64,000 bases of DNA from positions 128,001 to 192,000 of the forward strand of contig CAVQUB010000001.1 of assembly GCA_963716725.1 (NCBI GenBank). The letters run 5' to 3'. The first letter of the stretch is position 1; every line of letters begins with the position of its first letter. A program made the translations under genes and the position numbers. This DNA comes from an uncultured delta proteobacterium (GTDB lineage: Bacteria; Myxococcota_A; Polyangia; Polyangiales; Polyangiaceae). The notes below the pieces were generated by a model. It had not been told where the DNA came from. It did not search any database and worked only from the letters and a program-made list of their open reading frames with translations. Positions 9,995-20,309 of this stretch are shown here, piece by piece.

Positions 9995-10546
9995 TGTCGC
10001 GGCTACTTCGCACATCCGCAACATGCAGTCCGTTCAGAACGGGGCTCCCGACCACGGCTCCGCGTCCCGTCGCCGCCGATGACCGCCCGATCGGGATGAG
10101 CTGACCAATCCCCCGGTGAGTTCGCCCGCGATCGAAATCCTGGCGCTACTCGATCAACAGTTCGAGCAGGTGTCGCTCGCCGAGTACGACGACCCTGGGA
10201 CGATCCTTGGAAGTACCCGGAGGGGTAAGTCCCAGAAGTGGGATGATGTGATCGAGGCAGTCGCGGCGCACGCTGCCCAGGAACCGCTCGCAGAACGCGT
10301 TGGCCTTCGGAGCTCGCACCGGCGTCTTCAAGACCTTCGTCCCGACACCGCGGGCGATGCGGTCGAACTCTCCGCCGTACTTGTCGTCCCGGTCTCGGAT
10401 CAAGAACCGAGGTCCCACACCGAGATCCGTTGCGTTCCGGAGTTGCTGCGAGACCCAAGTCGAGTCGGGGTTGTGGGGAACCGAGTCTCATCTCTTGCCG
10501 GGAAAGCGCAAGGATCACGCGACGCACTGGGTTTTCGCCACCCACA
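9995..10546 (-). mobile_element. Composite IS remnant: 'family B' right end with integrase-core fragment, joined to a 'family A' left end
   Basis: TGTCGCGGCTACTTCGCACATCCG at 9995 (compare 33993); PRFLIRDRDDKYG...ANAFCERFLGSVRRDCLDH; family A end at 10546. Confidence 0.78.
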
Positions 10547-10803
10547 GGGTGTCGCCGGTGAACGCAGAGATCCCGGTGAGCCGGACCGGCTACGAGCTCA
10601 GGCTCTGGCTGCCGGCATGGCGAAGAGCGCCGCTGAAGCCCAACGCTTCGAGGTCTGCGCGGGAGCGCCCACCGGCGGCGCGGCAACCTTGACACTCTCG
10701 TCGACGCCGCCCTATCGGCTCGTGAAATACCCGGGAGCTGAGGCCACCAACGACTTGGCCTTACAACTGCCGGGATCGGCCTCGTCGTGGTAGGCTTCGA
10801 GCG

Positions 10804-11037
10804 GTGGACACGGAGGCTCGATCCCGACGGGACGCACGCAAGCATTGGCGGGGGAGGATCTTTCGTTCCTGGGAGGACGCCGAGCGTTTCGACGTGTTGT
10901 TCTGGAACGAAATCCCGATTGACGAAAGAGCGCGAGTCACTTGGGAGCTGAGCCTGGAGCTGCATCGGCTGGCGCGCCCGGGCGAGCAGTATGAACCCCG
11001 ACTTTCTCGACATACTGCGCGCGTTACTCGCCGCTAA
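10804..11037 (+). CDS. Small protein, putative antitoxin partner
   Basis: 77 aa (SWEDAERFDVLFW...ERARVTWELS); overlaps the downstream nucleotidyltransferase. Confidence 0.55.
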   Translation: MDTEARSRRDARKHWRGRIFRSWEDAERFDVLFWNEIPIDERARVTWELSLELHRLARPGEQYEPRLSRHTARVTRR

Positions 11038-11461
11038 TGCACGTTTCATGGTCGTGGGCGCCTATTCCGTGGGCGTGCACGGGCGGCCTCGCGCCACGAA
11101 GGATCTCGACGTATGGGTGGAGGCGAGCGCGGAGAATGCGCCGAGGGTCATTCGCGCTCTCGAAGAGTTTGGCGCCCCGCTCATGGGGCTGACCGTGGCG
11201 GACCTCGAAACGCCCGGAGTCGGTCTGCAAATCGGGCGTGAACCACTCCGAATCGACATCCTCACGAAGTTGTCTGGACCCTCGTTTCTCGACGCGTGGC
11301 CGGATCACATCGAAGCCGACTTTGGCGAAGGAGTGCGCTGTCCCGTAATTGGTCTTGCTGCACTGCTGGCGAACAAGCGAGCGGCAGGGCGTCCGCAGGA
11401 CCTCGCCGACGTCGACGCACTCGAAAAGCTCTCCGCTGCTCTTAGGGACCGGAAATCCTGA
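10991..11461 (+). CDS. Nucleotidyltransferase (MNT/DUF6036-like), putative TA component
   Basis: VVGAYSV...RATKDLD, RIDIL, NKRAAGRPQDLAD. Confidence 0.8.
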   Translation: MNPDFLDILRALLAANARFMVVGAYSVGVHGRPRATKDLDVWVEASAENAPRVIRALEEFGAPLMGLTVADLETPGVGLQIGREPLRIDILTKLSGPSFLDAWPDHIEADFGEGVRCPVIGLAALLANKRAAGRPQDLADVDALEKLSAALRDRKS

Positions 11462-11617
11462 GCCCCCAATCGCACCCCACGACGAACACCGCTGGGCTCC
11501 GTCGCCGCTCGGGCGGTGGGCGGAGCGACCCGATGGGCGGCGAGGCGCCAGGCGCTGGGCTCGCACGCATCGTGGGCGTGAGCTCGAAGCGTGGGCGCGA
11601 CAAGCGTGCACCGCCGG

Positions 11618-11811
11618 CGCCTGTCACGCCTCCTGCGCCGTGAGTGGGCAAAGCCCGGCCGCAGCGCCGGACAGGAGTGGTGCTGCCTCCCCTCGCGTCG
11701 CTTCGCTCCGCGGTCCCCTCCAAGCCCGGTGCGCGCGATCGGAGGCGCCTTGCCAAGATCACTAGCGCCGTTTCGATGCTCGCGCGCACGCGGGCGGAGG
11801 GGACGCGTCGT
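11618..11811. repeat. Hairpin element segments C-D
   Basis: Matches 34582-34780, 28630-28752 and 32199-32335; GTCCCCTCC...GGAGGGGAC long stem. Confidence 0.8.
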
Positions 11812-12177
11812 CGAGAGAATGTGTGAGCGCGTGCGCGGACTCCGACATCGCCGAGGTCGACTCGCGCGCCCGCGCACACCGACGCGCCGGGAAAGCGCAA
11901 GGAGCGCGCGCCGCACCGGGTTTCCGCCAGGCACACCTTCGTTCGGGAGGACCCGACGCCGCGGCGCAGTGGCTCGCCCGGCACCAACACGACAAGCGCG
12001 TACGGGTCGAACAGAAGGCGACCGGCACGTTCGTCGCCGTGGTGGTCGCCACTCTGATCACGGCAGTGATCGCCGGGGGCATCATCGCGCTCGCGGTCTT
12101 CGTGAGGTGCTGACACTGATACGCGAAGGTGCGAGCAGGGGTTGTACCGTCCGGGAACCGTGTCGTAGGCTCCGCGC

Positions 12178-13380
12178 GTGAAGACATTCGCAGAGCTCGA
12201 GAAGGCCATCGCAGATCTCCCGGAGGCCGACTTCCGCGTCGTCATCGACCCATCGAACGCGCGCAGTGTGGACGCCGTGCCACCCGAACTCGCGAAGCTG
12301 TACGCGAAGTGGGGCTCGCTCGCGATCGAAGTGAACGAGTCGGTCTGGCCACGACCGAAGGAGTTCGAGGTCTTGCCGGCGTGGCGCTCCGCATTCGCCT
12401 TCCGGGTCTTCCCGCCGGAGAAGGCGCATCGCGTGTTCCTTCGACGTGTCGGAGCGCCCTGGAGCTTCGTCCTCACCGATACGGGCGTCGCGACGTGGCA
12501 GGAAGGCCAGGATCTCGAGCCAGAACCGGTCGACGCGATCGCGTGTATCGGGCGTGAGATCGACGCTCTGAAGCAGGGCCTCGATCTCCTTCGTCAGGAG
12601 TCGATGACTGCCGAACTCCTCGTCGATGCGGGGCGGAAGGCGCAGTGGACCGGCCCATCGATCGGACCTCTGCTGGAGAACCTGAAGCAGCGACCGGCGA
12701 ACGAGCTCGCGCCACACCTGCCTGAGCTGGTCGATGCGCTGCTCGCCGGCGATCAGTTCTCGATGGGCGTCCTCGACATCGTGGCCGCAGCCGGCCCGGA
12801 GGCGTTTCGTACGGTCGCGGAGTCGGTCTACGCGTACGAGGGCGCCCGACCCTACGTGATCGAGCTGCTGGGCAAGCTCGCCGACGCGTCGGCGCCGGCG
12901 ATCGCGATCTATCGCTCGGCGTTCGAGGGCGACGACGACGACGAGATCGATCACGCCCTCACGGCGGTGACCGCGATCGCGGCCACACCAGCCGCGAAGG
13001 CGCTCCTTCCGGTGCTGCGAGAGAAGGTCGCGACATGGGAGCCCGATCCGATGGGCATTGGGATCGCGCTGCTCGGCCATCTCGGTGAACCGCTAGCGCC
13101 GCTCGTGGAGCCTGTGCTTGCGGGCTTCAGCGGTAGCGAGCTTGGCGGTCTGCTGCGCGCGATGAAGGGGCTCTCGGTCGCAGACCTCGCTCCCGCGCTG
13201 CTCGCGAAGTTTCAGACGCTCGATCCGAAGGACCGCGGCACGATCGAAGCGATCGAAGGGCTCGTGGGCGTCGGCATCGAGGACCGCGCGCGTATGGAGT
13301 CGATCCTGCGCGACCACTTCATACCGCGCGGCGGTCGGTGGCAGGCGCGATCTGAGGCCGTGCTCGCGCGGTGGAAGTAG
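12178..13380 (+). CDS. Hypothetical protein with alpha-helical (HEAT-like) C-terminal part
   Basis: 400-aa ORF with coding-like codon bias; no motif recognised with certainty. Confidence 0.65.
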   Translation: MKTFAELEKAIADLPEADFRVVIDPSNARSVDAVPPELAKLYAKWGSLAIEVNESVWPRPKEFEVLPAWRSAFAFRVFPPEKAHRVFLRRVGAPWSFVLTDTGVATWQEGQDLEPEPVDAIACIGREIDALKQGLDLLRQESMTAELLVDAGRKAQWTGPSIGPLLENLKQRPANELAPHLPELVDALLAGDQFSMGVLDIVAAAGPEAFRTVAESVYAYEGARPYVIELLGKLADASAPAIAIYRSAFEGDDDDEIDHALTAVTAIAATPAAKALLPVLREKVATWEPDPMGIGIALLGHLGEPLAPLVEPVLAGFSGSELGGLLRAMKGLSVADLAPALLAKFQTLDPKDRGTIEAIEGLVGVGIEDRARMESILRDHFIPRGGRWQARSEAVLARWK

Positions 13381-13386
13381 CGCTCT

Positions 13387-13832
13387 TCAGAGGTCGAGGT
13401 CGTGCGCCTCGACGGCCTGCGCTCCATCCATGATGAAGCGGAAGCGCGGCGCGGGGTCTTTGCCCATCGGCTCATTGAGGATGCGATCCGTCTCGAGCTC
13501 ACCCTCGATCGTCACGCGCAACGCGCGGCGGCGCTTCGGGTCGAGCGTTGTGACCTTGAGGTCGGCGGCGTCCATCTCGCCGAGGCCCTTGAAGCGGCTG
13601 ACGTCGGGTTTGACGTTCTTCGGGAGCGCCGCGAGTATCTTGTCCCTCTCCGCGTCGTCGAGCGCGAAGTAGGTCTCTTTGCCCGCGTCGATGCGGTAAA
13701 GCGGCGGCATCGCGATGAAGACGTGGCCGTTGCGGATGAGCGCCGGCAGCACGCGATAGAAGAACGTGAGCAGCAGCGTCGAGATGTGGCAGCCGTCGCT
13801 GTCGGCGTCCATCAGCAGAAAGATGCGGCCGC
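13387..13832 (-). pseudogene. C-terminal fragment of a type IIA topoisomerase B subunit (ParE/GyrB)
   Basis: [26 protein letters not shown] (TOPRIM), [13 protein letters not shown]; 5' end replaced by an IS remnant. Confidence 0.88.
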
Positions 13833-13970
13833 GGCGGCCTGGCGGGACCGCAGGAACGACAGGACGAAGTGGAGCAGCGCAAGGAGGACCGCAGGCACGG
13901 GGAACCGAGTCTCATCTCTTGCCGGGAAAGCGCAAGGATCACGCGAGGCGCTGGGTTTTCGCCACCCACA
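13833..13970 (-). mobile_element. IS family A left-end remnant
   Basis: GGGGAACCGAGTCTCATCTCTTGCCGGGAAAGCGCAAGG...GCCACCCACA, ending at 13970. Confidence 0.85.
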
Positions 13971-14062
13971 GGTGCTCCATGCCCGGTGGCGTCTTCTGCC
14001 TCGCAGTGACGGTCCGCAGGGGCAATCATTGCTCAGCCAGCCACCCGGACCTGCCTCTCGAT

Positions 14063-14125
14063 CTCCAACCGACACGCGCGTACCCTGAGCTCAGTGGGTT
14101 TTGGCAGATGGAATTTCCTACGCGC
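14063..14125 (+). repeat. Direct repeat, putative IS91/ISCR oriIS-like end, copy 1
   Basis: Same as 15339-15406; ends GGAATTTCCTACGC, resembling the ISCR oriIS GAACTTCCTATAC. Confidence 0.6.
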
Positions 14126-15008
14126 ATCTCTCGGATCCACGCGTACGCGCACCTCGGCCCATGATATCGTTGCCGCTGGAGCCGCGATGTCTCGGTCGAA
14201 GCGGAATCTTGCATGGTTACCACGCTCCCGGCGCGGCACCGCCGGGCTCGCTCCGGCAATTGCCCACGGGCTGGCGAGGTTGGGGACACTGACGCTGTTG
14301 GCGTCGAGCTTCGATTGTAGCGGTGCGACGCGGGGCGGGAACTCGAACGCCTCGTCCCTGGCAGCGGTCACTCAGCGACCGCTGCCAAACGTGCCCGTCG
14401 ACGCAAGGGGCCCCGAGACCGGAGCGGAACCCTCGCTCAGCGCCGACGCGGGGCGCTCGGACGCTTCCGGTTCCCCGGCCGGTGGTGACGCCGCGCTCGC
14501 TAACGGCGCCTCAGATTCAGCTGGGATCATCGAGTCCGAAGAGCCGCTCGACGAGACGCCGACACGGCCGAAAGGGCAGCGTTACCAACCGCGGGGCAAG
14601 TGTGTGAACCCGCAACGTCACGCCGCGGCGCGAGTGGCCCAATCGATCCGCGGCGCGAAGACCGACGACTTCCTCGACTTCGTCAACATCATTGGGAAGG
14701 CCGACCTCGACGGTGATGGCACCCCGGATCAGATGCGATCTGGCGGTGGGGCAAACATGACGGAAACCTACTTGATCTATGTGATGCGAGGAGGCTACGG
14801 ACACTTTGTCGGCAGTATCGACGTGAACGCGAGCCTCAGCGCCCTCGAGGGTTACAGCAACGGCCTGCGCAGCCTCGGGGGGTTCGCGGGGTGCCAGCCG
14901 GCATGCTGTGAAAAACTCATGTGGACCGAGCTTCGATATGACGGTCGTCAATACCGCGTCGAGGAACAGCAACTGCGGCGAGTCAACGACTGCTCGAGCC
15001 TCCCGTGA
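14094..15008 (+). CDS. Hypothetical secreted protein or lipoprotein
   Basis: Hydrophobic stretch ending in Cys; ADLDGDGTPD motif; true start is likely downstream of the repeat. Confidence 0.6.
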   Translation: MGFGRWNFLRASLGSTRTRTSAHDIVAAGAAMSRSKRNLAWLPRSRRGTAGLAPAIAHGLARLGTLTLLASSFDCSGATRGGNSNASSLAAVTQRPLPNVPVDARGPETGAEPSLSADAGRSDASGSPAGGDAALANGASDSAGIIESEEPLDETPTRPKGQRYQPRGKCVNPQRHAAARVAQSIRGAKTDDFLDFVNIIGKADLDGDGTPDQMRSGGGANMTETYLIYVMRGGYGHFVGSIDVNASLSALEGYSNGLRSLGGFAGCQPACCEKLMWTELRYDGRQYRVEEQQLRRVNDCSSLP

Positions 15009-15009
15009 C

Positions 15010-15406
15010 CAAGCTCATCCCGCGCTGAGCCGGCCGCGCGACCCTCACCAGTCGTTGGCTTCGAGCCAGTTGACGTCGTCGTCGCCCCCGCCTGATCGAC
15101 GAACCCATCGCCGAGGTGCGCGGCATCAGCATCCGCGCCGCTCAGGGCGTGGATCCGCCCGCGGCGATCAGCTCGAGCTGCTTGGCGAGAAGGACGACGC
15201 GCCGGTGCAGCGCAAACGATGGGCAATCTGCGTCGCGCGGCTGCGTGAGCAGCGACGCTCGTGACGCATGGGCGCAGTGCGCCAGACATCGCTCAGTTGA
15301 TGCCCGTCAACCCGGCGGCGGTCTCGTTGGCCGCCGCGCTCCAACCGACACGCGCGTACCGTACCCTGAGCTCGGTGGGTTTTGGCAGATGGAATTTCCT
15401 ACGCGC
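15010..15406 (+). mobile_element. IS91-like 3' remnant ending in oriIS-like repeat copy 2 (15339-15406)
   Basis: PALSRPRDP-like C-terminal tail; the repeat carries a duplicated GTACC. Confidence 0.5.
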
Positions 15407-15645
15407 CGCGCCCACGCCTCGTCGCAACCCCAAGCTCGCACCGCGAATCCCACCATCGCCGGAGATACTGCCGATGCTCGCCGACACCCCCCAACTGCCC
15501 CAGCTACCGGCTCCGACAATGCGCGACATCATGCGTCACGGCCGAGACCGAGGGCACGATCGCAAGGGCGTGAGCGAGAGCCGCAACGGAGCCGAGCCTT
15601 GCGGACAATTGACTCCTGGGTCAGGCGAGCCGAGCGTGGTCGGTA

Positions 15646-18258
15646 ATGACGCTCGGGTGTGAGCGGTTTACTAGCCTCGTGGAGCACGGTCACTTCATCG
15701 GTCTTCTCTCGGCATTGGGCTTGTCGTGCGCCCCATCATCAGCGCCGCGTGCCAGCGAGCCCGCGCCAGCGCGCGTTGCTGCGAGCCCCTGCGGCGCCGC
15801 CATCGAGCTGACGAAATCGCTGAGATCCGAGGGCCGTCTCGATCGCGCGGCTCGCACGCTCGAGCGCGTGATCCCGAGTTGCAACGGGTCCGAGCAGAGC
15901 GTCGCGCGCGCTCTCCAGCGCGAGGTTCTCGTCGAGCTCGGACCGGGTCCGGTATCGAAGGCCCAGCAGGCCGAGCCGCTCGCACCGCTGCGTGAGCCGG
16001 ACGCGGCCATGGTGAAGGGTGACGCGCAGGCGGCCCTCGCCGCGTACGAGAGCGCCTGGAAGAAGCAACAGTGGCATGCCCAGGCGCTGATCGGCGCGGG
16101 CTTCGCGGCTCGGATGCTGGGCAACGAGCGGCTCGCTCGCGCTCACTTCGACCGCGCGCTCACCGCGCTCGAGGCGCCGAACGGGGCGCGAGCGAGAGCG
16201 ACTCAGCTCCGAAACCCATTCGGGTCGCCTCCGGTGGTGAGCTTCAGCGCGCCGAACGAGTTCACCGGCGCCTCAATTCTCATGCGCCGCCATGGGCAGC
16301 GCTGGCTCCCCATGCAGATGCTCCCGGGCGGAGTTCACGGCTGGAGTCGGGGACTACAGGCAGCTCCGGCGGGTGACCGGCTTCGCTTGGTGGACCGGGA
16401 CGGCGTGGAAGTGATCACTCTCGACGGCTACACGAACTTCGTGGTCGCGTCCGACGACCAGCGCCTCGCAGCATGGTCGGACTCGAGGCAAGCGCTGTAC
16501 GATCTGCGAACCGGCAAGGTGATCGCCGAGCGTGCAGGCAAGGGCAGTCTCGCGTTCGGAGGAGCGGACGACAAGTGGCTGCTCGACACGGACGGTGGCG
16601 ACACGATCGTCCTCGACGGCCGATCGCTCGCCGAGCGGGTTCGAATTCGGGCGACGGAGCTGATTTTCCTCGACTCGCTCGAGCGCGTCGTGGCTCTCGT
16701 GCGCGACGCCGAGGGCCTCAGTTTCGCGCTGGAGCTCTGGGATCTCGGCAAGCGCGAGCGCATCAAGCGGTTTGCCGCGCGTGCGCAGGGAGATGGCATG
16801 TTCACCCACACCCTCGACGAGGAGAACAAGCGCTTCCTCTGGTGGGGAAGAGAGCTGGGCAGCCTCGATCTCGCGTCGGCGAATATCGCCATCCTCGGGC
16901 CTGCTCCGCACAACGGCGGGGACGGTGGCATTGCAGTAGAGGACGGTGGCAGGCGACTTTGCCTGGGATCCACTTTGCAGGGCTTCCGGATCTTGCCGAG
17001 CAAGCCCCGCCCCGGGTTCCGGCAGCGGTGCTATCGGAACTACCACACCAGGGGGCTCACCATCGCGGAGCTTCCGGAGCCCGCGAAAGGTCGCGCGCAC
17101 GTCGATCGCGCTCAGATGCTCACGGGCAGCTTTCTCATGGAAGACTACGAGGTCCTGAGCCCAGGCAGCGACTTGGTCGCGCGCCTGGAGCAGTCCTCTG
17201 CGAAGGAGCGCTACTTCGTCGCGATCTATTCGGTATCCACCGGAAAGCTCGTGCGCTTGCTGGACGTGGCCCCCGCCGGATCGGCAGCAGCGCCGGTGCT
17301 GCGTTTCTCCGCCGACGGCACTCACGTGCGGGCGAGGGGTTCGCAAGGTTCGCTCGTAGCCTGGGACATCCGGACCGGGGCTTCGAAGAGCGTCGAGGAA
17401 GAGGACGACCCGCCCGAGCGCTCGGAGCTGCCCGCTCAGCCCGCGAAACCCGAGGGCAGACTCCAATTCCGCGGAATGAGCTTCATTTGGAGCGGTAAGG
17501 CAGGGTGGTCTTGGTGGGATTTGGCCCGCGGGGTGCGCATCCACGGAGAGCGCCGCGGCTACGATGCGGTGCTGCTGTCTCCGGGTGGGCGCCGCGTCGG
17601 GCTCGTGGAACGAAAACGTCGGCCGCCAGACCACCGGGCGGCCTCGCTGACCGTGGTGGATGACACCGGAAAGTCCTCCCCGCCGCTCGCGGCGAGCGTC
17701 GACGGTCTCGAGTTTCGCCTGAGCGATGTGGGCCGGGTCGCGTGGTGGGGCACGGGTGGCAACTGGGTCGCGGATCTCGCAGCGCACGGCTGGCGCAAGC
17801 GGCAGATCGATTCGAAGGGCTACCCGGTCTTCATTTCTGCGGACGGCAAGTGGCTTGCGCTCGAGGGCCAGCATTACGTCGTCGAGAGCACCGACACCGG
17901 AGAAGTGGTCCCGTCGGGCCCGGCCTACAACGACTACGAGGTGTTCGTACGGGACTCCGACAAGACTCGATCTACCGACGGCAAGTGGTCCTTCGAAATG
18001 GAGCTCGGACGCACCGCAGCGGCCATCCGTCTCACTGCCACGGGCGAGGTCCGCGCCACAGTCCTGCCAACGGGTCCGGAGAGCGTGGTCGTGCTGCTCG
18101 ACGGCGGCGCCGTCGAGCGCCTCGGTCCGGCTGGACCGGCCGAGAACTTGGCCTGCGTCATCGGCAGCGGAATCGCGCCGTTCGAGGTCTGCGAGGAGCG
18201 CTTGCTCGTCCGGGGAGCGCTACCGAAGCTCGAGACCAAAACCTATCTCGATCCCTGA
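15646..18258 (+). CDS. Lipoprotein with TPR-like N-terminus and WD40-like propellers
   Basis: GLSC lipobox; LYDLRTGK, LWDLGK, FSADG, AWDIRTG repeats. Confidence 0.75.
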   Translation: MTLGCERFTSLVEHGHFIGLLSALGLSCAPSSAPRASEPAPARVAASPCGAAIELTKSLRSEGRLDRAARTLERVIPSCNGSEQSVARALQREVLVELGPGPVSKAQQAEPLAPLREPDAAMVKGDAQAALAAYESAWKKQQWHAQALIGAGFAARMLGNERLARAHFDRALTALEAPNGARARATQLRNPFGSPPVVSFSAPNEFTGASILMRRHGQRWLPMQMLPGGVHGWSRGLQAAPAGDRLRLVDRDGVEVITLDGYTNFVVASDDQRLAAWSDSRQALYDLRTGKVIAERAGKGSLAFGGADDKWLLDTDGGDTIVLDGRSLAERVRIRATELIFLDSLERVVALVRDAEGLSFALELWDLGKRERIKRFAARAQGDGMFTHTLDEENKRFLWWGRELGSLDLASANIAILGPAPHNGGDGGIAVEDGGRRLCLGSTLQGFRILPSKPRPGFRQRCYRNYHTRGLTIAELPEPAKGRAHVDRAQMLTGSFLMEDYEVLSPGSDLVARLEQSSAKERYFVAIYSVSTGKLVRLLDVAPAGSAAAPVLRFSADGTHVRARGSQGSLVAWDIRTGASKSVEEEDDPPERSELPAQPAKPEGRLQFRGMSFIWSGKAGWSWWDLARGVRIHGERRGYDAVLLSPGGRRVGLVERKRRPPDHRAASLTVVDDTGKSSPPLAASVDGLEFRLSDVGRVAWWGTGGNWVADLAAHGWRKRQIDSKGYPVFISADGKWLALEGQHYVVESTDTGEVVPSGPAYNDYEVFVRDSDKTRSTDGKWSFEMELGRTAAAIRLTATGEVRATVLPTGPESVVVLLDGGAVERLGPAGPAENLACVIGSGIAPFEVCEERLLVRGALPKLETKTYLDP

Positions 18259-18375
18259 CGAACGTGAGTGCTCGGCGGAGCATCCTGAACCTGGCGGCGG
18301 TAGGCAACGAGCGGCAGACGGAGCTCTCAGATGGTCGAGGCTCTCTCTTCCCGGCCGCCGTGATATGGGGCAAGT

Positions 18376-19521
18376 GTGCGCGTCTTGACGGGACTCCTGT
18401 GCGGGGGGCTTTGCTCGGCCGTCGCGTGCGAATCGAAGCAATCCATCGAGCGATCGCCGTCCAGCCCGCCTCCGATCGCGATGCAGCCCGCCGTGGAAGC
18501 CGGCCCGACCGTCCCGCCGGAGCGCCGAGCCGGGATCCGCATCGTGGTGGATGCCGAGCGGCTCTCCGTCGATGGGCGTCCCGTCGGAGCTCGGAGCGAG
18601 CTCGGGGCGGGGGAAAAGAAGCTGGTAAAGAGCCTGGCGCGGGCGTCGGCCGAGCGCCGCGGGCTGTGGGACGACCTCCACCCCGGCGAGCCGTTCGACG
18701 CTTCGAGCGACTCGACCGTGCCGCCGGATCTCACCTGGATGGAGGGAGCCAACTTGGTCGCCACGCTGGCTTTCGCCCACCATCCAGGCCCGCACACGGT
18801 GCACAGCGGCGACAAGAGCTTCACGTTCGACTTCTACGTTCGGCCACCACCCGAAGCGCCGCAGCAGCCGAAGCGCTTCGTCGAGCTTTGTCGGTCGACC
18901 GAGGGGTGGTCCGTGCGCTCCGCCGAGGACCGGTACGTGCCGATTCACGAGCTCGTCTTTTCGCCGTGGCGACCGCTCACGAATGCCACGCTGGGCAAGC
19001 TCCTGGGCGAAGAATGCGCGGCAGGGTGCTCCAGCTTCTCCATCGGCGCAGCGAGCGCGGTTCACCCCTGGCGGGACGTGCTCGAGATGATCGCGGCTGT
19101 TCGGCGCGCGAAGCCCGACCCTGCTCTGCCGCTCACGTTCACGGACTGCGAGCGGCCGCCTGCCGAGCAGACACCGGCGCGCGTCGTCAAGCAGGGAAAG
19201 GTGTTGCCGGGCGAGATTTCCGTGAAGGGCGCCCTCCCCGCGGAGGTCGTGAGCCGCATCGTGCGCCAGAACTTCGGACGCTTTCGTTTCTGCTACGGGG
19301 ACGGTCTCGCGCGCGATCCGAGGCTCAAGGGAAGCGTGACTGCGCGCATGACGATCGACTCGACCGGCGCCGTGTCGAACGTCGCGAACGCGGGCTCGAA
19401 GCTTCCGGACGCGGCCATGGTCAAGTGCGTGCTCGGGGCTTTCCACGGACTGACCTTCCCCCGGCCGGACCACGGCAGCGTGACGGTGATCTACCCCCTC
19501 ACGTTCGGGCCCGCGCCCTGA
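18376..19521 (+). CDS. Lipoprotein with AgmX/PglI-type TonB-like C-terminal domain
   Basis: AVAC lipobox; IVRQNFGRFRFCY...GLARDPRLKG...CVLGAFHGLTFPRP...VIYP. Confidence 0.82.
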   Translation: MRVLTGLLCGGLCSAVACESKQSIERSPSSPPPIAMQPAVEAGPTVPPERRAGIRIVVDAERLSVDGRPVGARSELGAGEKKLVKSLARASAERRGLWDDLHPGEPFDASSDSTVPPDLTWMEGANLVATLAFAHHPGPHTVHSGDKSFTFDFYVRPPPEAPQQPKRFVELCRSTEGWSVRSAEDRYVPIHELVFSPWRPLTNATLGKLLGEECAAGCSSFSIGAASAVHPWRDVLEMIAAVRRAKPDPALPLTFTDCERPPAEQTPARVVKQGKVLPGEISVKGALPAEVVSRIVRQNFGRFRFCYGDGLARDPRLKGSVTARMTIDSTGAVSNVANAGSKLPDAAMVKCVLGAFHGLTFPRPDHGSVTVIYPLTFGPAP

Positions 19522-19595
19522 GTGGGCTCCTGCTCGCGGCGTACGTCGTGCGTGGTCGAGCAGGGCCTCGAGGGGCCTTGGAGGCGGCGTGATCG

Positions 19596-20309
19596 TGTGG
19601 GTGGCGAAAACCCAGTGCGTCGCGTGATCCTTGCGCTTTCCCGACAAGAGATGAGACTCGGTTCCCCAATGCGTGCGGATCGGAGTCCGCGTCAGCGACT
19701 CGACGGTGCGGAAGTACAAGCCAAAGCGTCGAGGGCCGCCGTCCCAAACATGGCGGACGTTCCTCGAGAACCACCTGGACTGCACCGTCGGCATTGACTT
19801 CTTCGTGGTCGTGACCGCGACCTTTCGCATTCTGTACGTGCTCGTCATCGTTTCGCACGAGCGCAGGCGCGTCGTGTACTTCGACGTCACCTCGAGCCCG
19901 TCGGCGCAGTGGACTGCGCAGCAGGTGGTCCAGGCCTTTCCATTCGACACGGCCCCCAGGTTTCTCATCCGAGACCGACGCGCTGCGCGACGACCCTGGG
20001 AAGTCCCTGGCGAGCTGGCGAGGGATACCCGAAGGGGTGCGACAGCATTTACGGCGCGTTCCTGCGAAAGCGCATCGGCGATCTCGGAATCGAGGAAGTG
20101 CTCACGGCCAACCGCTCGCCGTGGCAAAATCCATACTGCGAGCGCTGGATCGGGACGGCTCGTCGCGACTTGCCCCTCCGGGCACTTCCCAGGGTCGTCG
20201 GTAGGTCGCGTCGTCGAGCTTCCGAGGGTCGGCGGATTGCACCACCGAAACACGAGGCTCGCAGCGTGATCACGATTCTGCCGGCGAAGTTGGGTTTTCA
20301 CCACCCACA
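19596..20309 (+). mobile_element. IS family A, internally deleted copy with both TIRs
   Basis: TGTGGGTGGCGAAAACCCA...TGGGTTTTCACCACCCACA; transposase pieces SQTWRTFLENH, IDFFVV, SPWQNPYCERWIGT. Confidence 0.85.

Noticed and set aside
11823..12113. 96-aa membrane protein
   Set aside because: The 5' half overlaps a degenerate IS end; probably a clipped gene tail.
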